29,151 nucleotides of DNA from a virus (taxonomy: Duplodnaviria; Caudoviricetes), in the IMG/VR virus record IMGVR_UViG_3300034096_000408, positions 1-29,151 of that record; one strand, given 5' to 3'. Position numbers and translations under genes: made by a program. The first letter of the stretch is position 1. Every line of letters starts with the position of its first letter. The notes beneath the pieces were generated by a model that saw only the letters and a program-made list of their open reading frames with translations, was not told the origin of the DNA and made no database searches. Positions 1 to 7,962 of the stretch are shown one piece after another.

Positions 1-127
1 TGGTTTATTTACTAAAAAATACAGCAGCACAGCTCCTCTTTTTGCAAATACAAGAAGGGGAGCTTTTGCTGTCTAATTTTTATACTGACTACTTGCTCGA
101 ATTAACTAACGAGCAGACACTAGAAAA
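1..127 (+). repeat. Terminal direct repeat, copy 1 (exact 127 bp; probably assembly circularisation overlap)
   Basis: Identical to 28922-29048; identity ends at base 128 (G versus A at 29049). Confidence 0.95.
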
Positions 128-410
128 GCTTTACTGTATACCTACGGTTGTAACAACAAACGAGCGTTATACAAGTATTCAAGTTGGCACTAACGCCAAC
201 ACACCTTTAGCGGGAAGTTTATTAATTGACTACCCAGCGAGATTTTCATTTAAAATTTACGGGCAAAATAGTAGCACTAATTTAGACCCGACTAATAATA
301 CAGTAGTAGGACTAATTGAAAAAGGTTATTTAATGGTCCAAGATATTACTACACCTTACTTTACTGACCCCAACTTAACAATTCCTGCAGATGTCGCATA
401 TAACGGATAA
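1..410 (+). CDS. Putative virion structural protein (136 aa MVYLLKNTAAQ...; true ATG lies across the junction at 28921)
   Basis: The frame of the 42..410 ORF is open back to the ATG at 28921 through the terminal overlap. It lies between the tail tube and portal genes. Confidence 0.7.
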   Translation, partial: VYLLKNTAAQLLFLQIQEGELLLSNFYTDYLLELTNEQTLEKLYCIPTVVTTNERYTSIQVGTNANTPLAGSLLIDYPARFSFKIYGQNSSTNLDPTNNTVVGLIEKGYLMVQDITTPYFTDPNLTIPADVAYNG

Positions 411-2661
411 AAATATAATAGCCGAGCCTATGGTAATTAACATGGCAGGCATAGCCTTGCAAGAGGCTAGTGAGAGAGAGATGCCTACAGGTTGGGTTAG
501 TTATGGCGATTCTAATTTATTCCCTAATTACTTAATAGAATTATACAACGATTCACCCGTACACCGAAGCCTTAGCATGTCTATAGCGTTTACAGTAGCA
601 GGAAAAGAATTTAAGACAAGTTTACCCGTAGCGAATAGAGAGCTTTCACGTTTAAAATTTGACGAGCTACGCCATTGCACGGCCTTAGACTTAAAACTAC
701 ATGGAGGTTTTTATTGGGAGGTGATATGGAGCGTAGACAGGTCTACAATAGCGCGCATTAACCATTTACCTTATGAAAATTGCAGGTTAGCAGTAACTAA
801 CGACGAGGATATTATACCAGGCGTTTATTACTCTAAAGATTGGGCAGACTTCCGTAAAAAGAAAAATAAGCCTAGCTTTATACCTATGTTTAACCCTGCA
901 ACTAACGCAGAGGAACCTAGCCAAGTTTTATTTGTTTCAGTTATGACGCCAGGCAGCGCTTACTACCCTAAGCCTGACTACTACGGGGCGTTAAATTACA
1001 TTGAATGCACGCGAGAAATTAGCGAGTTTTACCGCGCTTTCTTATCGAATGGAATGGCCCCAAGTTATATGCTGCATTTTAATAATGGCGTTCCCGATCC
1101 TGAGGAGCAAATAGCTATTCGTAGGCAGTGGGATAAAATGATTGGCGCTCAGAAAAGCGGTAAGGTTGTACTTACTTTTAACGAAAATGCGGACCGCACG
1201 CCTAAGTTAGATTTGGTCCCAATGACCGACGCGGATAAGCAGTGGGAGACCTTAACGAACCAAAGTAGAGAAATGATAATGAACGCGCACCGCGTTACCT
1301 CACCTCTTATTTTTGGTATTCGAGACAGTGGTGGCCTTGGCAGTAATTCAGACGAAATAAAGCAAGCCTTTAGATTATTCGATAAGCAAGTTATAGAGCC
1401 TTATCAAAAGTTAATTAGCGACGCTGTAGAGGAGATTTTAAAAGGTATTGGCATAGTTGCAAAAGTTGAGCTAGAGGGAAATGATGTTTTCGGTGAAGAC
1501 GCTACAGCACAAACCGAAGGCGCACCGAGCGCAGCTGTTGCCCCTGCTGATATGCAAAATGTGTTAAATATTGCAGCTCAGTACATGCAGGGCGCAATTA
1601 CTGCAGGTCAGGCTAAACAAATTTTAAAACTAGCTTTTCCTAGTCTTACGGATATTCAAATAGACACGCTACTAGGAGCAGAGCCTACACAGCTCGAAAA
1701 AAAAAAGATAGAACTTGCGTTACCGGAGAGTTTTGCACCCACTAAAGAAATGGCCGCAGAGGCTGAGCTAGGTTTAAAATGGCGCGAGGAATATGGAAGG
1801 GGTGGTACCGAGGTAGGCGTAGCACGAGCTCGAGATATTTCAAACCTTAGAAACTTATCTTACGACACTGTTAAACGAATGAACAGCTACTTTTCGAGGC
1901 ACGAAGTAGATAAAGAGGCTACAGGTTGGAACCAAGGCGAGGAAGGTTTCCCTACTGCAGGCCGTATAGCGTGGCAGTTATGGGGTGGAGAGCCAGGCAA
2001 GGAATGGGCAGAGCGCATTATAACCCGTTACCAAAGTGAGGAGCTTATAGATATTCCCGAATTTACCGAGGAGGCAGAAAACGAATGGATAAATTTTTTA
2101 TCTGATAAAGGCGAAATAGTCGACTTAGACGAGTGGGAGCTTATCGAAGCCGAGCCTGTAGATATGGCTAGCGTTAGAAGTTACAGCCGCCCCAACGAAA
2201 AAAGTATAATGGATTCAGGGTTATACAAAATTCGTTATAAATACAGCACTAATCTTAGCGCTAACTCGCGTAAGTTTTGCCGCCAAATGGTAGCAGCTAG
2301 CCGCGCAGGTTATGTATACCGTTATGAAGATTTAGACTACAACGGATTCGAGGCTAACAGCATGAGCCAGGCGGGAGAAAATTCAAAGTTCGCGCCTAGT
2401 GGTATGGATTCCTATTCGGTATGGCTTTGGAAAGGCGGTTCCTTTTGTGCCCATAAATTCGAACGCCAAGTTTATTTTAGAAAAAGAGAAAAGGGAAGGT
2501 TTTTAGCTGAGAAGGGAATAAGTAACGACGACCCTATTAGCGTGGCTAAGGCTATACGTGCAGGAATGCCGTTAAAAGATATAGCCGCTAACTTTGCCAT
2601 GGCCAACACGGCACCAAATGACACGCCTACACGAGGCTCAATTAAATACGCAAATACTTAA
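391..2661 (+). CDS. Portal protein with C-terminal extension (conserved GTEVG..RA..RM.SYF.RH..IAWQLWGG domain plus MuF/head-morphogenesis-like Cys/His domain)
   Basis: HK97-type portal motifs (DLKLHGGFYWEV, RINHLPYENCR, YYPKPDY, FLSNGMAPS, IMNAHRVTSPLIFG, KQVIEPYQKLI) in the first ~365 aa. SRKFCRQM...WKGGSFCAHKFER in the C-terminal part. Confidence 0.88.
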   Translation: MSHITDKNIIAEPMVINMAGIALQEASEREMPTGWVSYGDSNLFPNYLIELYNDSPVHRSLSMSIAFTVAGKEFKTSLPVANRELSRLKFDELRHCTALDLKLHGGFYWEVIWSVDRSTIARINHLPYENCRLAVTNDEDIIPGVYYSKDWADFRKKKNKPSFIPMFNPATNAEEPSQVLFVSVMTPGSAYYPKPDYYGALNYIECTREISEFYRAFLSNGMAPSYMLHFNNGVPDPEEQIAIRRQWDKMIGAQKSGKVVLTFNENADRTPKLDLVPMTDADKQWETLTNQSREMIMNAHRVTSPLIFGIRDSGGLGSNSDEIKQAFRLFDKQVIEPYQKLISDAVEEILKGIGIVAKVELEGNDVFGEDATAQTEGAPSAAVAPADMQNVLNIAAQYMQGAITAGQAKQILKLAFPSLTDIQIDTLLGAEPTQLEKKKIELALPESFAPTKEMAAEAELGLKWREEYGRGGTEVGVARARDISNLRNLSYDTVKRMNSYFSRHEVDKEATGWNQGEEGFPTAGRIAWQLWGGEPGKEWAERIITRYQSEELIDIPEFTEEAENEWINFLSDKGEIVDLDEWELIEAEPVDMASVRSYSRPNEKSIMDSGLYKIRYKYSTNLSANSRKFCRQMVAASRAGYVYRYEDLDYNGFEANSMSQAGENSKFAPSGMDSYSVWLWKGGSFCAHKFERQVYFRKREKGRFLAEKGISNDDPISVAKAIRAGMPLKDIAANFAMANTAPNDTPTRGSIKYANT
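1697..1707 (+). other. A10G run containing an in-frame A_AAA_AAG slippery heptamer (candidate programmed frameshift or slippage site)
   Basis: GAA AAA AAA AAG at portal codons 436-439. The -1 frame stops at TAA 1743-1745 and the +1 frame stops at TAG 1709-1711. Confidence 0.6.
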
Positions 2662-2665
2662 CAAT

Positions 2666-3241
2666 ATGCCAATTAACCCCGAAGTACTATTTATCGACGA
2701 GCACTATTTGAAAAAATACACTCAAATTAACGAGGCTGTAGACACTAACTTAATACGCCCTGCTATTTACTTAGCACAGGATAAGTATTTACAGCTTTGG
2801 CTAGGTACGGACCTTTATAACAAGATTAAAACTGAAATAGCTAATAACACGCTAAGTGGAGTTTACGAAACTTTACTAGACCAATACATTTTAAAGCCTA
2901 CTGTGTGGTGGACTATGGTAGAGCTTTACCCTAGCTTAGTTTACAAGCACGATAACGGTAACTTAGTAAGCCGTCAGAGTGAAAACACTACAGCTATAAG
3001 TAAAAGCGAATTAGACGCGCTTATAGATAAGGCTAGAGATAATGCTAATTGGTATACTCAGCGCTTAGTAGATTATTTATGTAATAACGCTAGCGCATAC
3101 CCAGAATATAGAAGCAATACTTACCCCGATATTTCACCGCTAAAAAAAGTAAATAGGCAGAGTTCCGTTATTTTTTCAGAGGGTAGAATTGAGCCTAGCG
3201 CCTGGAGTAGATTTGGAGTAAGAGATTTTTATAACTCTTAA
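2666..3241 (+). CDS. Head-tail adaptor/connector protein
   Basis: Directly after portal. Helical protein with IYLAQDKYLQLWLGTDLYNKI and YTQRLVDYLC..YPEY motifs. ATG 2666 preferred to avoid overlap with portal. Confidence 0.7.
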   Translation: MPINPEVLFIDEHYLKKYTQINEAVDTNLIRPAIYLAQDKYLQLWLGTDLYNKIKTEIANNTLSGVYETLLDQYILKPTVWWTMVELYPSLVYKHDNGNLVSRQSENTTAISKSELDALIDKARDNANWYTQRLVDYLCNNASAYPEYRSNTYPDISPLKKVNRQSSVIFSEGRIEPSAWSRFGVRDFYNS

Positions 3242-3248
3242 TTAGTTT

Positions 3249-3371
3249 ATGACAAGGGAACAACACGAAAAAACAAACCGCAAAGAGCAGGAGAAAAAGC
3301 TCCGCATTTACTTAGCAAAAATTAAAAAACAAATTAATGACAGCGCCAACACTAGACCAACTAAAAGCTAA
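3249..3371 (+). CDS. Small basic protein (40 aa, MTREQHEKTNRKEQEKKLRIYLAKIKK...), not in ORF track
   Basis: ATG 3249 to TAA 3371; fills the gap between adaptor and endolysin. Confidence 0.55.
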   Translation: MTREQHEKTNRKEQEKKLRIYLAKIKKQINDSANTRPTKS

Positions 3372-3882
3372 ATTTAACGAACTCGGTTATAAGTGGGAGC
3401 CATTCCATTTGGTAGGCATTCGTTCCGCTGCTAACGAGCCTAATAAATTTGACGATCTAATAGGAGTAGTTAATGGCAACGAATTAAAGTTTTTTACCGG
3501 TACTACTAACCCAGGTACTTTTTGGCTTAACTCACCTATGAACCCTAAAGGCGCTGCAGTTTTGAAATGTGGCCAATACGTCGATAGTTGGGTAATGGGG
3601 TTGCATAAAGGCAAGTATAGAGCTTTAACACAAGCGAAACCAATTACTGTATGGCGCGACGCAGATAAGGACAGCATAGCAGAGGAGCAGGGCAAAGAGG
3701 ATACGGGTATTTTTGGAATTAATATACACCGCGCTAATGAAGCTGTAGCCTCTAAAAACATTGACAAATGGAGCGCAGGCTGTCAGGTACTAAACGACCC
3801 TAAGCAATTTAAGGAGCTACTAGATTTGTGCGAGGAAAGCAAAAAGAAATATTTTACCTATACTTTACTCCATGAATTCTGA
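3337..3882 (+). CDS. Putative endolysin, L,D-transpeptidase (YkuD)-like cysteine peptidase
   Basis: GINIH-x12-WSAGCQV resembles the YkuD H..S.GC catalytic motif. Located directly upstream of holin-like and spanin-like genes. Confidence 0.7.
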   Translation: MTAPTLDQLKAKFNELGYKWEPFHLVGIRSAANEPNKFDDLIGVVNGNELKFFTGTTNPGTFWLNSPMNPKGAAVLKCGQYVDSWVMGLHKGKYRALTQAKPITVWRDADKDSIAEEQGKEDTGIFGINIHRANEAVASKNIDKWSAGCQVLNDPKQFKELLDLCEESKKKYFTYTLLHEF

Positions 3883-4123
3883 CAAAGAAATAGAACAAAT
3901 GCACGAAGAAATTAGAGAGATTAACAAAAAACTAGATAGAGTTCTAGTTACTCTACTTGGCGACGAACAAATGAATATAGACGGGCTTACGCATAAAGTA
4001 GCGCAGCACGAGAAATATATTCAGAAACAAAAGTTATTCATGGCCAAAATGAGCGGAATAGCTACGGCAATGGGAGTACTCGGTAGTCTATTAGTGCAAC
4101 TTGTTTTAAAATTAATGTCGTGA
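3872..4123 (+). CDS. Lysis-associated membrane protein (coiled coil plus C-terminal TM; holin/antiholin-like)
   Basis: N-terminal heptads and C-terminal hydrophobic helix GIATAMGVLGSLLVQLVL; lysis context. Confidence 0.55.
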   Translation: MNSDKEIEQMHEEIREINKKLDRVLVTLLGDEQMNIDGLTHKVAQHEKYIQKQKLFMAKMSGIATAMGVLGSLLVQLVLKLMS

Positions 4124-4365
4124 GAAAGTGGCTTAAAAGCATTTTAGCCGTAGACGGTAACCAAAGTTCTAAACGACTAAGCGCAGTAATGGCGCTTTTT
4201 TGTTGTATAGCTTTTTCTTGGATAGCGACCTTTACACCGTACCAATGCCCCGAATACATGTTCGAAGGCTTGCTAGTAATTGCAGGCGGTGGGTTGGGTC
4301 TTACTGTAATTGAGAGTATATTTACTAGATATAAAAAGAATAACAATGGAAGCGAGGAAAATTAG
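4120..4365 (+). CDS. Putative holin (2 TM)
   Basis: GTG start; SSKRL followed by two hydrophobic helices and a charged C-terminal tail. Confidence 0.7.
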   Translation: MRKWLKSILAVDGNQSSKRLSAVMALFCCIAFSWIATFTPYQCPEYMFEGLLVIAGGGLGLTVIESIFTRYKKNNNGSEEN

Positions 4366-4660
4366 AATAGGGTTAATAGTTATTTTTAGCTTATTGATGT
4401 GGGCGCTAATTAGTACTACTAAATACCAAGCGGAAATAATAAAGCGGTCCAAAGTAGAAAAGGCTCTACTAACTAATAAAACACAAATAGATAGTTTGAA
4501 GGGTGTTAATGCGGAACGCCAGGCGCAAATAGACGAACTTAGCAGGCAATTAAAAATAAATGAAAATGAGTATAAAGAAAATATTAAGGCTATTGACAGT
4601 CTCAATAATCTTAATTTGCGTAAAGCCATGGAGCGCCTACTCGCAGAGCTTACCAAGTGA
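4346..4660 (+). CDS. Putative inner-membrane spanin (Rz-like)
   Basis: N-terminal TM (IGLIVIFSLLMWALI) followed by a long coiled coil; follows the holin. Confidence 0.55.
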   Translation: MEARKIRIGLIVIFSLLMWALISTTKYQAEIIKRSKVEKALLTNKTQIDSLKGVNAERQAQIDELSRQLKINENEYKENIKAIDSLNNLNLRKAMERLLAELTK

Positions 4661-4946
4661 TACTATAATATGTTTAAATGCTGTTGAGGTCCGCGCCTTA
4701 TTAAAGCTAAAAGCGGAGCGCGACTATTTGCACTCTCAGTTAAAAGTAATGGTAAAGGCTGACAGTCTTAAAACAAAAGTCATAATAGATAACGACAAAA
4801 CAATAAATAAGCTTTCTCTAAACTTATCCGACGCTGAAACGAAATACAACGATCAGTTAAATAAAAAGGAAAATTGGCGCACAGCTACGCTAGTCGGCAT
4901 TCCTGTAAGCATTCTCTCCGGTATTATTCTCTCTATATTCCTATAA
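4560..4946 (+). CDS. Putative spanin partner (signal peptide, coiled coil, C-terminal TM)
   Basis: Overlaps the 3' end of the Rz-like gene in another frame. Signal peptide ends AYS|Q; C-terminal hydrophobic helix. Confidence 0.5.
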   Translation: MKMSIKKILRLLTVSIILICVKPWSAYSQSLPSDTIICLNAVEVRALLKLKAERDYLHSQLKVMVKADSLKTKVIIDNDKTINKLSLNLSDAETKYNDQLNKKENWRTATLVGIPVSILSGIILSIFL

Positions 4947-4966
4947 AAGCGTTTCTCTTTACTAGC

Positions 4967-4990
4967 TATTAACATTCACATTGTTAATAA
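4967..4990. promoter_or_regulatory. Operator-like inverted repeat TATTAACA-N7-TGTTAATA (DnaA-box-like half sites)
   Basis: Perfect 8-bp arms at 4967-4974 and 4982-4989, just upstream of the early promoter. Confidence 0.55.
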
Positions 4991-5004
4991 ATATGTTTTT
5001 TTTG

Positions 5005-5035
5005 TTTGTGTAATTGAAAAAAGGTTGTACATTTG
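5005..5035 (+). promoter_or_regulatory. Host-type (Bacteroidota primary sigma) early promoter
   Basis: TTTG (5005-5008), 19-nt spacer, TACATTTG (5028-5035): matches the -33/-7 consensus TTTG/TAnnTTTG. Precedes the early gene cluster. Confidence 0.8.
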
Positions 5036-5062
5036 CTCTATAACCATAAAACAAAAAACAAA

Positions 5063-5251
5063 ATGAACACAGTAACAATTTACAACCAAGGTCAAAAAGT
5101 AAACACCTTTAATTTTGCAACTGAAAAGGAAGCTGTAGACTGCATGTTACGCCATGCCTCAGAAAAAAGTTTAGAAGTAAATGATCTATATACCGAAGCT
5201 TATAGCGAAGGTATTAAACCTGAAATTTTAATACTTGTAAATGAAGCTTAA
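5063..5251 (+). CDS. Hypothetical early protein
   Basis: ATG 5063 after an A-rich leader downstream of the promoter. Confidence 0.7.
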   Translation: MNTVTIYNQGQKVNTFNFATEKEAVDCMLRHASEKSLEVNDLYTEAYSEGIKPEILILVNEA

Positions 5252-5252
5252 A

Positions 5253-5375
5253 ATGAGAAAAGAACTTAAATTTATTCTCGGCTTAATTTTAATTTTTATA
5301 GCCTGGGGACTTATCGGAAACGACGAGTACGAATTTCAAAAGAGACACGAAACAGTAATTTCTAAAACCAAATAA
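5253..5375 (+). CDS. Small single-TM early protein (40 aa, MRKELKFILGLILIFIAWGLIGNDEY...), not in ORF track
   Basis: Exactly fills the gap between neighbouring ORFs; one hydrophobic helix. Confidence 0.7.
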   Translation: MRKELKFILGLILIFIAWGLIGNDEYEFQKRHETVISKTK

Positions 5376-5376
5376 T

Positions 5377-5640
5377 ATGAGTCAATTTATAGACGAATTT
5401 TGCAACGACCTTGCAAATTACAACGATAATTTTTTAACCCTAAAAGAACCCAAAACAATGGAAAAAAAAGTAAAATGGCAATTAATAGAACAGTCGCGTT
5501 ACGACGGTACTTATTGGATGCTGAAAAAAGACAGCGAGTATATTAAAGCATTTGTTAATTACGAGCAGGCAGTAGACGAGTTTAACATAGCTGTAAACTT
5601 TATTGAAAAGGATGTAGTAGTAATGGAGGTAGAAGTATGA
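5377..5640 (+). CDS. Hypothetical early protein (alternative start 5458)
   Basis: ORF track; stop overlaps next start (ATGA). Confidence 0.65.
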   Translation: MSQFIDEFCNDLANYNDNFLTLKEPKTMEKKVKWQLIEQSRYDGTYWMLKKDSEYIKAFVNYEQAVDEFNIAVNFIEKDVVVMEVEV

Positions 5641-5867
5641 AGTACAAAGTAGTAGTTATTCCAATTGACGAGGTGAAAGTAAGTTTATACGACCGCCTTA
5701 AAGTAAGCACGCAGTTTCAAACCGACAGCTTCGAGGTTGCACAGCAAATGCTAGCCATATTAGCCGATATTTACCAACTTCCAAAACCTAAGTGGAGCGA
5801 AGTACCAGGCGAGCTAGAGGTAAGAGATGAAAGTTTAATTTTAAAAATAACCATAGATCAAAACTAA
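5637..5867 (+). CDS. Hypothetical early protein
   Basis: ORF track; translationally coupled to the upstream gene. Confidence 0.7.
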   Translation: MKYKVVVIPIDEVKVSLYDRLKVSTQFQTDSFEVAQQMLAILADIYQLPKPKWSEVPGELEVRDESLILKITIDQN

Positions 5868-5878
5868 AAAGTAAAAAC

Positions 5879-6151
5879 ATGACACAGGAAAAGAAATTTA
5901 TTTTTGTAGTATTTAAGTCTCCTCGCAGATTAATACTTAGCCATTCAGAGGCAGGTACAGGTAACAGCGGAGAAAATGTTATACTAAGTTCTAAAAGAAC
6001 TACTGATTACTATTTATGCCACGGCACCGAGGCAGAGGTTAGCAAATGGACCAACGAGAGAATGGCGGAAGGGTTCGACTTTGACGACTATTACAACCCC
6101 GTACCTGATTTTAACCCTTTGGACCATAAGGACGTTTTAGTATATTTGTAA
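5879..6151 (+). CDS. Hypothetical early protein
   Basis: ORF track; A-rich leader. Confidence 0.7.
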   Translation: MTQEKKFIFVVFKSPRRLILSHSEAGTGNSGENVILSSKRTTDYYLCHGTEAEVSKWTNERMAEGFDFDDYYNPVPDFNPLDHKDVLVYL

Positions 6152-6171
6152 ACAATTTAAAACCATATAAC

Positions 6172-6402
6172 ATGACACAGTTTAAAAATGTAGTAGGAAC
6201 GGTTACCGTTTCCAAATGGAGCAGCTCAGCTCACGAATGGCTAGCTTACAGCTCATGCGAAGATTACGCACTACTAGATTTTAACGAAAAGGCTAGAGAA
6301 AACGAGGTAGTAATTGAAGACGCTAAATTTTTATTTCAGTTTGAGAGTACCGGAGGCGTTAATATTCAAACTTATTTCGGAAGCGATGACTACTGTATCT
6401 AA
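6172..6402 (+). CDS. Hypothetical early protein
   Basis: ORF track; A-rich leader. Confidence 0.7.
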   Translation: MTQFKNVVGTVTVSKWSSSAHEWLAYSSCEDYALLDFNEKARENEVVIEDAKFLFQFESTGGVNIQTYFGSDDYCI

Positions 6403-6670
6403 ATTGCATCAGCGCGCGAAGTCTAAATTCATTTGCGTGCAGAGTAGCTACGGCCAGGCTGAGTACTCATTTAACGAAATAGTAGAATTACACCAATATG
6501 AAAATGGGACTACTGCCTACGAAAATTGGCGCGCCCATTTCGCAAATAACCCCCAAGAATTATGGACCATATCAAATGGACAAAGCTTAAACCCGAGTTC
6601 GATTGGGAACGAGCAGAAGAAAACCTTGCTAACAAAATGCAAGGAGTACATAAATACATTGAAAAAATAA
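6386..6670 (+). CDS. Hypothetical early protein
   Basis: ATG 6386 preferred over TTG 6314; fills the gap before the SSB-like gene. Confidence 0.55.
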   Translation: MTTVSKLHQRAKSKFICVQSSYGQAEYSFNEIVELHQYENGTTAYENWRAHFANNPQELWTISNGQSLNPSSIGNEQKKTLLTKCKEYINTLKK

Positions 6671-6672
6671 AT

Positions 6673-7128
6673 ATGAAAACAGCTAAAATAACAGCATGTA
6701 CTTTTGCTCGGGAGTGGGCAGGTACAAATGGAACAGTTTACTACCACGATCTAACGCTAGACAATGGCGACAGCGGAAGCGTAGGAACTAAAGAAAAGAA
6801 TAGCTCTAAAATTGCAGTAGGTGAAACTATTACCTATAATTTAGAGGCTAAAGAGTTCAACGGGAGAACTACCTACAACATTAAACTAGCGGCTCCTGCT
6901 CCTAGCTTTAATAAGCCTGCAGGTGGAGGGTATTCGAACCCTGCTAACCAAAATGAAATTCGCAAAAGTGTAGCGTTAAATAACGCGGTGCAATTTCATA
7001 AGGACCAAAAAGGGGCGACACCTGGAGCCGTACTTGAAACTGCAGAAATTTTCTTAGCATGGTTGCAAGAGGGTAAGGCAGAGGTAAAGCCTGAGGCTAA
7101 AGACAGTGAAAACGAAATACCATTTTAA
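6673..7128 (+). CDS. Putative single-stranded DNA-binding protein
   Basis: Beta-rich OB-fold-like N-terminus, P/G linker and acidic tail ending ENEIPF. The frame is open from 6562. Confidence 0.65.
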   Translation: MKTAKITACTFAREWAGTNGTVYYHDLTLDNGDSGSVGTKEKNSSKIAVGETITYNLEAKEFNGRTTYNIKLAAPAPSFNKPAGGGYSNPANQNEIRKSVALNNAVQFHKDQKGATPGAVLETAEIFLAWLQEGKAEVKPEAKDSENEIPF

Positions 7129-7130
7129 CC

Positions 7131-7640
7131 ATGAAAAACATAGAGGAGCAATTAACAATTAACCTAGATAACCTTCTAAAAATGGTTAAAAAAGAGGACC
7201 GTTTACGCGCTAAAAGTTTGCTGTATAAGATACACAATAACATTAATGCAGTAGACGGTAAGGCTAAGCACGAAAGCTACGGCGCCCCATTTGCAACTGA
7301 ATTGCTCGCTAATATTTCTAACGTTTCAGCAGTGCCCTATCTAGATATAGTGGGGCGCTGTCGGAAGCGTGAATACGTAGATATTAGGCATTTTTGTTTC
7401 TGGGCAATACGCAACAGCACGAAACTACCTTTAAATAAAATAGGTAAATTTTTCGAGCGCGATCATGCGACAGTTTTACATGGCATTACTAATTTTGAGA
7501 ATTTATCTAAGCACGATGAGAGTTATAGAAACCAAGTAACTCATTACCTACTAGCTTTAGATATTCCCTTACTTATTGAGAAATACGAAACACTAACCGA
7601 CACAGTAATTAAAAATGAAAAAGACACAATTAGCAATTAA
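7131..7640 (+). CDS. DnaA domain IV (C-terminal HTH) containing protein
   Basis: RKREYVDIRHFC...LPLNKIGKFFERDHATVLHG matches the DnaA C-terminal signature R..E....R......L..IG..F.RDH.TV.H. Confidence 0.85.
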   Translation: MKNIEEQLTINLDNLLKMVKKEDRLRAKSLLYKIHNNINAVDGKAKHESYGAPFATELLANISNVSAVPYLDIVGRCRKREYVDIRHFCFWAIRNSTKLPLNKIGKFFERDHATVLHGITNFENLSKHDESYRNQVTHYLLALDIPLLIEKYETLTDTVIKNEKDTISN

Positions 7641-7962
7641 ATTTAATAAGCAAACCGTAACCAAAGAGAGAATAAAAGCCGTTTGCGATTTAATAAATAC
7701 CGGTAACTCACCGAGTTTAGCTTTAAAAAGTTTAGGCATGACCACGCGTTACGTTACGCCATTGCTTAAAGCAGGTATAATAACCAAAACCCCTAAAGGT
7801 TACACCGCAGTAAAAAAGCTTTACATTGAAAAGTTCGAGCATTTTAAAGAGCTAGAGGTAAAAAGTAGATCTACAGCAATACCAACTATGCAGGCTCAAG
7901 AAATAAAAAGAAATTGGCTCACTAGATTTTTTCTATATTTGTTCAAACTAATAAACAAATGA
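7615..7962 (+). CDS. Hypothetical protein, possible winged-helix DNA-binding protein
   Basis: Basic protein with an LLKAGIITKTPKGY wing-like segment. Confidence 0.5.
   Translation: MKKTQLAIKFNKQTVTKERIKAVCDLINTGNSPSLALKSLGMTTRYVTPLLKAGIITKTPKGYTAVKKLYIEKFEHFKELEVKSRSTAIPTMQAQEIKRNWLTRFFLYLFKLINK

Noticed and set aside
1-127. Biological direct terminal repeat
   Set aside because: Exactly 127 bp and beginning inside a start codon; more consistent with an assembler k-mer overlap.
128-230. DGR template/variable repeat pair (128-230 versus 29049-29151)
   Set aside because: Differences are not adenine-specific and are mostly synonymous; no reverse transcriptase gene is present.
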